A DNA stretch of 63,874 nucleotides, filler included, from Octopus bimaculoides (lineage: Eukaryota), in assembly GCF_001194135.2 (NCBI RefSeq). It is 4 parts of 3 records of this genome, joined end to end, with 100 filler letters (N's around TTAATTAATTAA, not from the genome) between each part and the next. Parts side by side here need not be neighbours in the genome. Positions count along the whole stretch, not along the records: positions 42,397 to 63,874 come from NC_068991.1; 3 more parts are not named here. The stretch is one strand, 5' to 3'. Of this stretch, positions 50,548 through 62,520 are shown piece after piece. The notes under the pieces were generated by a model that was not told the origin of the DNA, ran no database searches, and saw only the letters and a list, made by a program, of their open reading frames with translations. The translations under genes and the position numbers were made by a program. Position 1 is the first letter of the stretch. The number at the start of each line of letters is the position of its first letter.

Positions 50548-50744
50548 GAATTCGGCGGAATTCTCAGCCACTCATAACTTTTTTGTCTTTTGGAATTTTC
50601 AGAAAATTTTTGCGAATTTATACGATTATGAAAGAATTATTTATACATTATGAAAGAAAATGAAAATTGTTTCGTCTGTGTGATAAAAAAGAAAGTTATG
50701 ATGGGTTATATAGGGTGCTTAAATCAGTATTCCGCCGAGAATTC
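50548..50744. mobile_element. Possible MITE with imperfect TIRs
   Basis: GAATTCGGCGGAAT / ATTCCGCCGAGAATTC at the ends, with internal CATAACTTT / AAAGTTATG. Confidence 0.35.
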
Positions 50745-51458
50745 ATATACTGAGCTTACGATTTCGCTAAACATCTTTGGGTGGTCGTCAAAATAAGGAT
50801 CTTACATGCCTTCTCTACATAACTTCAGACATGCGGAAAAGTCTTCACTGATATGTATTATATATATTCTGCGTTCAACTCCAGCCAAGATCGATTTAAA
50901 TTTTCGTATCCCCACATATTGAAGAAATAATTACCACGCATGTACAGAGTGCATTTGATTGACATGAAGGCGTGTGATCAAGTGGTTAGAGTACTCGGAT
51001 CATGATATAGTCATGAGCTCGATTGTTACTGGACTGGGCAGCACATTGTACCGTCGAGCAAGACACTTCATTTTTATGTTTTTTCTATCTGCTCAGCTGT
51101 AATGAGTATTGGTTGGTTGCTGGTGCATCTCTGAAGGAGGCGAGCAAGCAGAATCGTTACAACATCGGCAAAATACCTCGTGTTATTTCTTTCGACTCGT
51201 TACATTCCGACTTCAAATCTAGCCAAGATTAACTTTGCCTTTCATCCTTACGGGGACAATAAAATAAGTACCAGTCAAGTACTAGGGTCAATGTAATCAA
51301 CTGCCACTTCCCCTTAACAAAATTTTAACCGTTATTATTATCACTATCATTATTTTTAGTTTGGCTCCGGTTTGGTCTTATTCCTGATGGGATTTATGTG
51401 GGTAGCGGGTTACTACCTGTAACCTTAGGTAACCACAAGTTTTTATTATTATTATTAC

Positions 51459-51531
<73 letters not shown>

Positions 51532-51738
51532 TACTTTTAATCTGCATGTTTGTTACAATCACTAGTTGAAATACAACCAGTCTGACTGAAATCTTGGAGA
51601 GGAGAAGTGACAGGGGTAGTAGTGTAATATCATCATGCAATACAACACAGACATTTAAATTGATAGGGTTTTTCTATTATTATGCTGTTGTTTTTTTCTT
51701 TCTTCAAATTTTCTTCCATTTCTCGCCGAGTGTTTTCC

Positions 51739-51773
<35 letters not shown>

Positions 51774-51774
51774 G

Positions 51775-52330
51775 AGTGAGAGAGAGCAGTGCATGCTACC
51801 AAAGTGACACTAGGGTAAAATATACGAAGCCCAGTATATCCATCATGACTACCCGTCTGATAAGGGTACACCAGGCACATGCATCACAATCATATGTGCG
51901 TGACATAGTGACCTCATATCAAGGTAAACAGCACATGACCTTGCAGGTAGGGCCCAATTAGAATTTTCTTCGGGTCGAGTAAGCCATCCCATTTAAAAGG
52001 TCCCTGAATAAGGGTTGTTTAAGGATGTTGAACAAAACACCCATGTTTCCAAAGGTGAATTATCCAAACGCCAAAGAATTCCTCACAATACATGATTATG
52101 ATGCTCCCCCACTACTTCTGCTCGTGATCAGAGATGCACATATCGTCAGCCACCAAGGGACATGCTCAACTGGTTAAGGTCAAGCAACTGACAAGCAAAT
52201 CTGTGGTATTGAGCAGAATATTTGTTGTCGCCCGTCTTTTATGCCAAGATAAAACAATGTACATGATAACACTTCCAATCAGTTAAAATCAGAAGCCATG
52301 AGAGCCACTGCTTGGTACTGCATCCGGGTA
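51775..52330 (-). mobile_element. Non-coding interspersed element embedded in an (ATT)n/(TAA)n tract
   Basis: ~555 bp of complex sequence sharply bounded by (ATT)n on both sides, with no ORF. Orientation is inferred only from the putative fold. Confidence 0.5.
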
Positions 52331-52345
52331 TTTATTATTATTATT

Positions 52346-53139
52346 GTTCAGTAGTTTTGTTTTTATAACGTGCTTTCACTTCACTACCGAGCGCAGCTCT
52401 GTGTGCCTTGGGTATGTGCTGTGGTTTACTGTGATGCTCTTATTGTTACTGTATTGAAAGTGTTTTGCGTAGGATGTGTGCAGTGCCCAGTAGTGCAATT
52501 TTCTGTATGTTATATATATTTGTAAGTCTTGGTGTTTTTGTTATGTATTTGTCTGAATATTTTTTTATTATACCTAAGGCACCTACTATGACAGGAATTG
52601 TTTCTGTTTTTAGATTTCACATTCGAGTTACCTCTATTTCCAGGTCTTTGTATNNNNNNNNNNNNNNNNNNNNNNNNNNNNNNNNNNNNNNNNNNNNNNN
52701 NNNNNNNNNNNNNNNNNNNNNNNNNNNNNNNNNNNNNNNNNNNNNNNNNNNNNNNNNNNNNNNNNNNNNNNNNNNNNNNNNNNNNNNNNNNNNNNNNNNN
52801 NNNNNNNNNNNNNNNNNNNNNNNNNNNNNNNNNNNNNNNNNNNNNNNNNNNNNNNNNNNNNNNNNNNNNNNNNNNNNNNNNNNNNNNNNNNNNNNNNNNN
52901 NNNNNNNNNNNNNNNNNNNNNNNNNNNNNNNNNNNNNNNNNNNNNNNNNNNNNNNNNNNNNNNNNNNNNNNNNNNNNNNNNNNNNNNNNNNNNNNNNNNN
53001 NNCCATAGTGTTGGCATAGCTTCCAGTGTATATAGGTCCCAGCTCTGTCGTGCCTGTGAATATATTCCTTCTTAGCTAGGACTGGGCAGCCAGAGATAAT
53101 ATGATTTATTGTTTCTTGTCCATCTCCACATATTCTACA

Positions 53140-53140
<1 letters not shown>
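52346..53140 (-). mobile_element. R4/Dong-clade non-LTR retrotransposon 3' fragment (CCHC finger plus restriction-like endonuclease) in (TAA)n
   Basis: CRICGDGQETINHIISGCPVLAKKEYIHRHD...HWKLCQHY, N gap, then YKDLEIEVTRM*NLKTETIPVIVGALG...IQKIALLGTAHILRKTLSIQ*. (AAT)n lies on both sides. Confidence 0.82.
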
Positions 53141-53201
<61 letters not shown>

Positions 53202-53825
53202 GATTATTATTATTATTATTAAGGCAGTGAGCGGGCAGAATTGTTAGCACGACGGGCAAAATACTTAACGGCATTTCGTCCGCCTTTACGTTCTGAGTTC
53301 AAATTCCACCGAGGTCAATTTTGCTTTTCATCCTTTCGGGGTCGATAAATTAGGTACCAGTTGGCAGTGGGGATCGATCTAATCGACTGGCCCTCTCCCA
53401 CCAAATTTCAAGCCTTGTGCCTATAGTACAAAGGATTATTGTTATTATTAATATTGTTATTGTTATTGTTGATGTTTGCTTTGTGGCCATCATTTTACAC
53501 ACCACCATCACTACCACCACCACCATCACACCGCATCTAGTTATTGTTGTCTTTTGTTCATCAGCTGACTTCTTGCCAACACGCAAGACACTGCTGTATT
53601 TCTCAGACTTGAAACACCGCTGTCACTCTCATTTATTTCATATCCTCAAGATATAATTAATTGCACAAGAAAAAAAAAATAACTTCACTTTTTCCATTCC
53701 ATCTCCACCCTCCATGACTCTCTTTTTTATGTCTCTTTCTCCTTCTCTCTCCAACATACATTTTCTCTCTGTCTCTCTGTCTCTCCCCCTCTCTCTCCCC
53801 TCTCTCTCTCTCTTTGTATGTATGA

Positions 53826-53894
<69 letters not shown>

Positions 53895-54073
53895 TGTATG
53901 TATGTATTTATGTATGAATATAAATTCATATGTGTGTATGTGGTATATACACAAATACATATTTTATATACATATATGCATTATATTGAAGTGCATTATA
54001 TACATACACCCACACACACTGAGGGGAGAAGGAAATAGATGGATAGATCGAGAGATTTATGGTTGTTATCGTC

Positions 54074-54126
<53 letters not shown>

Positions 54127-54133
54127 CAGCAGC

Positions 54134-54191
<58 letters not shown>

Positions 54192-54487
54192 ACAGCTTGT
54201 GTATATATTTTAGCATTGTGCTACGAGTAATGTTTCTGTCATTAATTGCCTATTTTTGCGCGAACTTTTGTACGGTTCACCGTTCTCTACCACTGTTTCT
54301 TATCGAGTTTTGCTATGTGTTAGTGGTACATCGCAAATGCTCCTTGATGTAATTCTATTGGTGTATATACCTATGTATCTATGTATACAAATACACATTA
54401 TATATATATGCGTGTGTGTGTGTGTGCGTGTGTGTGTGTGTGTTTGTATATATATATGTATGTACGTTTATATGTATTTGTGTGTAT

Positions 54488-54557
<70 letters not shown>

Positions 54558-54597
54558 ATATATATACATATGCATATATATGTATATATATACAGAC

Positions 54598-54628
<31 letters not shown>

Positions 54629-54749
54629 CAGACAGACAGACAGNNNNNNNNNNNNNNNNNNNNNNNNNNNNNNNNNNNNNNNNNNNNNNNNNNNNNNNNN
54701 NNNNNNNNNNNNNNNNNNNNNNNNNNNNNNNNNNNNNNNNNNNTATAGG

Positions 54750-55700
54750 AAAAATAGAAGTTGAAAATACATTGAGATAGTTAAAATATATTTTTATTAT
54801 TATATTTAAAAATTTAACTGCTTTCACAGTTTACACTGATTTCCAAATTAGAAAGACGTGGCTTATGTCGCAGTTGTCTTGCTTCTGACTAGCGTTTGAA
54901 ACTTGTCTTATTTCTATAGGGAGTTCATGGCTCGAATTAGTGTTAGTATCAAGTAACAATATTTGACATGGTAAGTTAAGGCTGACACGGTACCAATGCT
55001 CTGAATGTTTTCTGTCAAATGTTTGTAGAGAATGAACATGTGATTAAGTTTAGATCCTTTGGTACATTTCCTGCTACGTCCTAACGTTAGTATATTTTGC
55101 GCCTAAAATTAGGGCCGACACGGTTGAATGAATATGCTTAGTTACAATGAAGGCACTCCAAATTTAATCTGTCTGGTGGGAGAGTGGACAAAAGTCGTTT
55201 GTATGTAGTCCAGTGGTTAAAGATTAGGTTGTTAGCTGTGTCGGTTCCTCATGTTAAGTGACAGAATGAGTTTTATATATGAATAGTTATTTGTGTGTGT
55301 ACTCTGTTAGGGTTTGTAAGAAAGTATTTTCTTTGTTTATCCGTGTTTGAACTGTGGTATTCACTGAAAATAGGTAGAGTGGTAAGATCTGGAATTTGAG
55401 GGATTTATTTTTTGCGCATATGTCTCTGTGTCTACTCAGTGGACACATACTGGAGTCTAGTATTTGTTGTCGGTGAATGGTTTGTCTATTTGTTAGAGTA
55501 TGCTTTGTTTGACCTATGTAATCTTCATTACCTCCTTTACACTTGATAGTGTATATTAAATTCCTTGAAGACATAAGACACGTCTTTCTATTTCAACCTT
55601 TTTGAAAATCAGTTCAAAGATTGAAACCGGTTAAATTTTTAAATATAATAATAGAAAATATTTTAACAATTCTCAGTACATTTTCAATTTCTACTGGAAT
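54750..55700 (-). mobile_element. Decayed Penelope-like element: GIY-YIG endonuclease fragment enclosed by inverted ~120-bp termini
   Basis: ORF 55287-55574 encodes NLIYTIKCKGGNEDYIGQT...RQTIHRQQI. 54755-54870 is an inverted, diverged copy of 55569-55695. (TA)n on both flanks. Confidence 0.8.
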
Positions 55701-56699
55701 AAAATAAGTTTGTTTATATATATATANNNNNNNNNNNNNNNNNNNNNNNNNNNNNNNNNNNNNNNNNNNNNNNNNNNNNNNNNNNNNNNNNNNNNNNNNN
55801 NNNNNNNNNNNNNNNNNNNNNNNNNNNNNNNNNNNNNNNNNNNNNNNNNNNNNNNNNNNNNNNNNNNNNNNNNNNNNNNNNNNNNNNNNNNNNNNNNNNN
55901 NNNNNNNNNNNNNNNNNNNNNNNNNNNNNNNNNNNNNNNNNNNNNNNNNNNNNNNNNNNNNNNNNNNNNNNNNNNNNNNNNNNNNNNNNNNNNNNNNNNN
56001 NNNNNNNNNNNNNNNNNNNNNNNNNNNNNNNNNNNNNNNNNNNNNNNNNNNNNNNNNNNNNNNNNNNNNNNNNNNNNNNNNNNNNNNNNNNNNNNNNNNN
56101 NNNNNNNNNNNNNNNNNNNNNNNNNNNNNNNNNNNNNNNNNNNNNNNNNNNNNNNNNNNNNNNNNNNNNNNNNNNNNNNNNNNNNNNNNNNNNNNNNNNN
56201 NNNNNNNNNNNNNNNNNNNNNNNNNNNNNNNNNNNNNNNNNNNNNNNNNNNNNNNNNNNNNNNNNNNNNNNNNNNNNNNNNNNNNNNNNNNNNNNATATA
56301 TATATATATATATATATAAGTATGTATGTATGTATGTAAGTATGCATGTATATATGTGTGTATGTATTCTTTTATGTTTCAACCCTATATATATATTTTA
56401 AATTTGTTAATGGGAAACATTTTAAATATGTATATATATAATATATATGTGTGTGTATGTATACATATGTATGTGTATATATATATATACATATATATAG
56501 AGATATAGCTATATGTATATATATATATATACATATATATACATAGGCGCAACTCAATAAAAATACATAAATTTTAAAAATACAGTGACTACTCAACGTA
56601 ATAAATAACAACAAATTTATTTAAGAAATAAAGATATCCACTGAACGCCGACAGATATACATGGTGCGATCTCAGGAACTGACAAACGTACTTAACACT

Positions 56700-57025
56700 G
56701 CTTGCTTTCTTGCGTCATGCTCGTGCATGATGGCGTTGGGGGGTCATCCCAGAGTGGTCCCAGAGGCGTAATCATGCAGAGAGCCGCCCAGGTCCACCAG
56801 TGCTCCTCATCACTTGCAGTCCTTTGCTAGCCCCTCAGCATCCTCCGGAGTGACGTCGAACCTCTGGAGATCTTTCTCAATTATGTGCAGCCATCTGGTA
56901 CGAGGCCTGTCACGGCGCCTCTTTCAGCCCACAGCTGCTGCGTTAAATCAGAGTAGAGCCCCGGTAGTATGAACTGGCGGGAGGCAGAGACATGTCCGTA
57001 CCAACGCATGAGGTGAATACTTATG
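56700..57025 (-). mobile_element. RTE-clade LINE 3' end fragment
   Basis: LMRWYGHVS followed by frameshifted ...RRDRPRTRWLHIIEKDL, typical of the RTE C-terminus (LRWxGHV...GRPRxRW). Confidence 0.65.
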
Positions 57026-57535
57026 AAGTAATAAATATATATATTGTTTCTTAATATATTATCATACGTCAATTCTCATTACCACTCGGGAACAATTTAA
57101 GATAAAAACGAATGATACATTTTTCAGTTTGACAAATCTAGTCACTCCACAGTGGTAACACTCAACGACCATGGTAATATTCAAGTATTTGTAAAATATA
57201 ACAAGCCTTAGGCCATCGTATTGAACCCATTTGGGGCAGCCTTCGACTTTTTCTATCCCGTGACGGGGGTGGTAAGCCAATAGTTACAAGTTATTATTTA
57301 TAGCTTTATTCGCTTCGAGATTTACCGTTCCAACAAGGAATTAATTTACATTCTCGAAGTTTCTAAATTCTTATGACGTCAACATCATACAAGTCTCACT
57401 GATAAGAATAAAGTTTCTAAAAGGGACTGAGAAATCCAAAAGACTGCTATGGTCTAGATATAGAGCGCTTGTCATGTTTACAGGAGATGAGGGTTCGTGA
57501 CCCATGGGTTTTTTAACATAATATTTACAAGCTAT

Positions 57536-57731
57536 AGGACGGTGAGCTGGCAGAATCGTTAGCACGACGGGCAAAATGCTTAGCGCCATTTCGTCTGTCT
57601 TTACGTTCTGAGTTCAAATTCCTCCGAGGTCGACTTTGCTTTTCATCCTTTCAGACTCGATAAAATTTGGGGCTCGACGTAAGCGATTTATCTCCTTCCA
57701 AATTGCTGCCCGTCTGCCAAAATTTGAAATC
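57536..57731 (+). mobile_element. SINE family 4 copy with 16-bp TSD
   Basis: AATATTTACAAGCTAT at 57520-57535 and 57732-57747. Confidence 0.85.
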
Positions 57732-58012
57732 AATATTTACAAGCTATTATTTATAGCTATATCTGCTTCAAGATTCGCAGTACGTGCGTGTGTGTGTGTA
57801 TGTGTATGTGTGTGTGTGTGTGTGTCTATTTATATTTTTATAAAAACCAATAGATATATATATAGATAGATGTAGTGTATGCATATATATNNNNNNNNNN
57901 NNNNNNNNNNNNNNNNNNNNNNNNNNNNNNNNNNNNNNNNNNNNNNNNNNNNNNNNNNNNNNNNNNNNNNNNNNNNNNNNNNNNNNNNNNNNNNNNNNNN
58001 NNNNNNNNNNNN

Positions 58013-58080
<68 letters not shown>

Positions 58081-58526
58081 ACATACACACACGTATATGT
58101 ATATATGTGCATATACATTCATATATGTATATATATATTATACATGCATATACATACATGTATGTATGTATGTATGTATGTGTGTATGTATGTATGTACG
58201 CATGTATGTATGTATTGACACACATGCACATATGTGCATGTGTGTCAATACATACAACTCATCAAGAGAAACATTAACGCCATGTACTCACCAGTCTAGG
58301 AAGGCGAGTAAGAAACATGGTCACTAACCCTTTCTACAGACGTAGTAAGTAATAAACTATGGCGATGAAGAGAGGAATAAGAAAGCAGAATAACTGACGA
58401 TCAGTTGATGGTGTTCGGCAGAAAACAAGAAAAGGTGATGAAGAAGACAAGACATGGAATCAAGGGGAATGACTAAACAATATGTGGGTGTATATGTGTG
58501 TGCATAAGTGTAGATGGGGGTATGTA

Positions 58527-58560
<34 letters not shown>

Positions 58561-58687
58561 NNNNNNNNNNNNNNNNNNNNNNNNNNNNNNNNNNNNNNNN
58601 NNNNNNNNNNNNNNNNNNNNNNNNNNNNNNNNNNNNNNNNNNNNNNNNNNNNNNNNNNNNNNNNNNNNNNNGCCCGTCATATATATG

Positions 58688-58728
<41 letters not shown>

Positions 58729-59215
58729 ATGTTATTTGTATGTGTTTGTGTGTATGTATATGTATGTATGTATGCATATTTGCACGTATGTATTTTGCCA
58801 AGGGCTTATGTGTATATGTGTGTATATTGTTCATATACGTGTAAAAATGCATACAAAAGTGTCAAATACTCTGTAATGAACTCTACGTTTTTTTCATTTC
58901 CTAATAACATTGGCAATTAATTAATTAATTGGCCCGTCTTTCTAATTAATATATTCCCAGCCATCATAAGTAAACTTAACTGTTTCTTTCTCCTCATTTG
59001 AAATCTGTTCACTTAATTTCATTTCTCACGCTTTTTATTAGCTGTTTATCAACACACGTACTCACACAGAGATTTGGAAATATATATACACACAAACACA
59101 GATATAAGTATGAATGTATGCAAGTGTATATATACATATTTACATACAAAAACGTGCACATACGCACATATATACATACACATCCACATCCACATCCACA
59201 CACACACACACATAC

Positions 59216-59261
<46 letters not shown>

Positions 59262-59845
59262 TAAACTGTTTCAATCCTTTGAAATTTAAACTTAATGAAA
59301 TGAGGAATTAAATGTTATTACACTTATATTCCCACTGTGATATGTGTCTGTATGTATATGTGTATGTACATATGTATATATATATCATCATCATCATCAT
59401 CATCATCGTTTAACGTCCGCTTTCCATGCTAGCATGGGTTGGACGATTTGACTGAGGACTATATATANNNNNNNNNNNNNNNNNNNNNNNNNNNNNNNNN
59501 NNNNNNNNNNNNNNNNNNNNNNNNNNNNNNNNNNNNNNNNNNNNNNNNNNNNNNNNNNNNNNNNNNNNNNNNNNNNNNNNNNNNNNNNNNNNNNNNNNNN
59601 NNNNNNNNNNNNNNNNNNNNNNNNNNNNNNNNNNNNNNNNNNNNNNNNNNNNNNNNNNNNNNNNNNNNNNNNNNNNNNNNNNNNNNNNNNNNNNNNNNNN
59701 NNNNNNNNNNNNNNNNNNNNNNNNNNNNNNNNNNNNNNNNNNNNNNNNNNNNNNNNNNNNNNNNNNNNNNNNNNNNNNNNNNNNNNNNNNNNNNNNNNNN
59801 NNNNNNNNNNNNNNNNTATATATATATATAAAGATATACACACAC

Positions 59846-59946
<101 letters not shown>

Positions 59947-59957
59947 TACAATAGCTA

Positions 59958-61235
59958 CTATTTACATCATTTCAGATAATGCACACCAAAACAAATATTT
60001 CGTTTAACCTAGCTAGAATAATCAGAACAGTTGTTTCCAAACCAAAAATTCAGAATCAAAAACTCCAGGAATTCAAACAGGCAGTACTTGAAAGAAAGCA
60101 CCCTTCTACTCTAAAAGGGAATGCTACAGAATACACCAAAGGAATAAATCTTGAAGTAGTACGAAAAGCCTAGAGCTGCTTCGATACACCCAAAACTATA
60201 TCGTTAATTACAACATACAACACAAGAAAACCAGAAACATTCAGCATTACCCTTGAGGACAAACCATTATTGAGCCAACAACCAAGAATGAAGGCGCTTG
60301 AATCATACAAATAATCAAATGCTAAAGACATTCTAAATCTTTAAAAACAACTGTTTACTAGTGCAAAACAACCAACTGCAGACACAACTTGAACAGTTAA
60401 AGAAGTGTGGCGCCTCTAATTCCTAAACTTGTACGAATCTTATCGAGGACAAATAATAAATTTAAGTCGAGACAAGTTTTTATAGTGAAAATGTGCAATC
60501 AAGTGCAATGGATGCAGCGAAAATTATATTGAACAAACCAAACTCACCTTAAGAATTCGATCAATGATTCATCGACAACTAATACGTGGTCTCGGGGATT
60601 AGACAAATCCCACTCAGTGAAAATTTGGATATATTCCCACACACCAAATCTCCTAAATTCCTAGTCTTCCCGCTTTATCAATGTGCAAACAAGTATAGAC
60701 CAAAACATAAATAAATACAGAGAATTCGTTTATAAGGAAATATAAACCATGGGTGAACAGACTATGAAAACATCAAAAATATACTATTCACCATTCACTA
60801 TGAATACTATCCATCTTTGTATAAAAATCCCTCCTGTTGAAAGTGTGCAGTTAACTTCGTTTCATTTTCCCTAACTTCTTTTATTTTTCCTTAGGTGTGT
60901 GGGGGGGGGGGAGTATTACTTTGTTTAATTTAACACGTTCACGCCGGAGATATAATTTGAAAAGAGTAGAAAGCAGAGTACCCTTCGTTGTGTAATTATT
61001 ACATTGGAGGAACTGCTAGCTAGGAAAGATATGTAGCCTGGAATTTACCTGCTACTCTCCCTCAATTCTTTTTTCCTTGGACTTTCCTATGTTTCCTGTT
61101 TCCGAAAAAGAGCTTTGCTCGAAACGTAAAACAACCACTCTTTCTTTCCTTCTCTGAGCGTTTTATTAATACTTTACATGTACCACGTCCTCGTCCTCGT
61201 ATTGTTGTTTTTTCTTCGATCTTTATATATTATAT
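59958..61235 (+). mobile_element. Decayed Penelope-like element (RT thumb, linker, GIY-YIG, 3' terminal repeat)
   Basis: HTKTNISFNLARIIRTVVS, VKKCG, IKCNGCSENYIEQT...IHRQ and PKFLVFPLYQC in the correct order, ending in (TA)n. Confidence 0.8.
61097..61133 (+). ncRNA. Degenerate minimal hammerhead-like motif in the PLE terminus
   Basis: UGUUU-CCGAAAA-A-GAGC-uuu-GCUC-GAAAC-GUA-AAACA. Stems are intact; the core has two changes from CUGANGA. Confidence 0.55.
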
Positions 61236-61379
61236 ATATAATATATATGTATATATAATGATATATAAATGTAAGATCCAAGGATCCAGTTGTAGGAAGT
61301 TAGCGAACTTCGAGCAGTCCGTAGATGGTATAGAAAAACTACTTTCAGGAAAAATAACAGTTTACTGGTGGTTATTGCT

Positions 61380-62520
61380 GTTATGTTTTTGTTCACAATT
61401 TATTACAGGACTCGGCAGACGGAGGCGACATTGTCGGCCTTTACATATTAGAAGACTTGCGTAGCAATTTTCGCTCCCTTTCAGGCTGTCCATGTAAGGA
61501 CGATGGTCTACTCCTACTCAGAAACTATAGCTCACAAAAATCTGATAAATTTAGGAAAGTGCAACATCACGTCTTCAAAAACTTAGATTTCTCTGTTACA
61601 GTAGTAACAACTAAAATCAGTCAACGACCTCTAGAATGCAGTATTTAATTAGCTCTACTAAAAAGACAGCAAAAAGTCCAGTACATACATCGACAATCTA
61701 ACCACCCCAAAAGCGCTATTAAAAATCTAGTAAATAACATATCTCTAAGACTTTCTCTGTTATTTTCAAATGAAAAAATACTAAATGAAATAGCAACTCA
61801 TATAACGAAGCTCTCAATAACAGCGGTTATAGAGAGCAAGTACCATATATAAACAACACACCTCCCACAAGAACTAAAAGAATAAGACTGGAATAAGGAA
61901 AATCATCTCGTTTAATCTCCTCTTCAAGATATAAGTTTCCACTCCAATAGCTAAATAATTTTTCAAAATACACTTCAACCAACAACCTGGAATAGAAATT
62001 ACAAACTAATAAACAAACACAACATAAAATTGTCATATTCTACAAACAACAAATTTGCAAAGCCTGTAGCCAAACACACCCACCAAAAATGATCAGAAAG
62101 TGAAAATCTACATCACGCTTATAATAACAACTGAAATTGTAGAACACCCATATACTGCCGTCTAGGAGAAATTGTATCTCAAGTGATACTGTATTTCAAG
62201 TGATAGCGTAATGATAATAGCGAACACGACACCAGCTACTCTATCTACATATATAGAATCAACAGAGAACCATTTCAAGGGAATACAACCAACACACGAA
62301 CACTTTTCTTAGCGAAAACGAGTCATTACAATCGAAACATATATGAAGTTAAAAACAAAAAAAACACCCCATTTAGCTTCAACTGGAAAATACTTTCACA
62401 TGTACTATGATACCAAGTTAACAACGAACCCTGCCAACTTGGTACAAATGAATCCTACCATATTTTCACATTCAAGAACCAAATTCTAAACAAACCTCTG
62501 ATCTAGTATTTTCATGTAAG
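61380..62520 (+). mobile_element. Second, distinct decayed Penelope-like element (RT core to GIY-YIG)
   Basis: DGGDIVGLYILEDL...CKDDGL (the YRDDG-type active site), YIHRQSNHPKS...RLS, YNEALNNSGY, RKIISFN and KLSYS, with many frameshifts. Confidence 0.72.

Noticed and set aside
53926-54352. Poly-Leu/Val/Ser ORFs that look like membrane or secreted proteins
   Set aside because: They are translations of (TAG)n microsatellite, as at 49477-49532.
58914-58931. CAATTAATTAATTAATTG resembling the scaffold linker
   Set aside because: Not flanked by 44-N runs; treated as a natural (TTAA)n micro-repeat.
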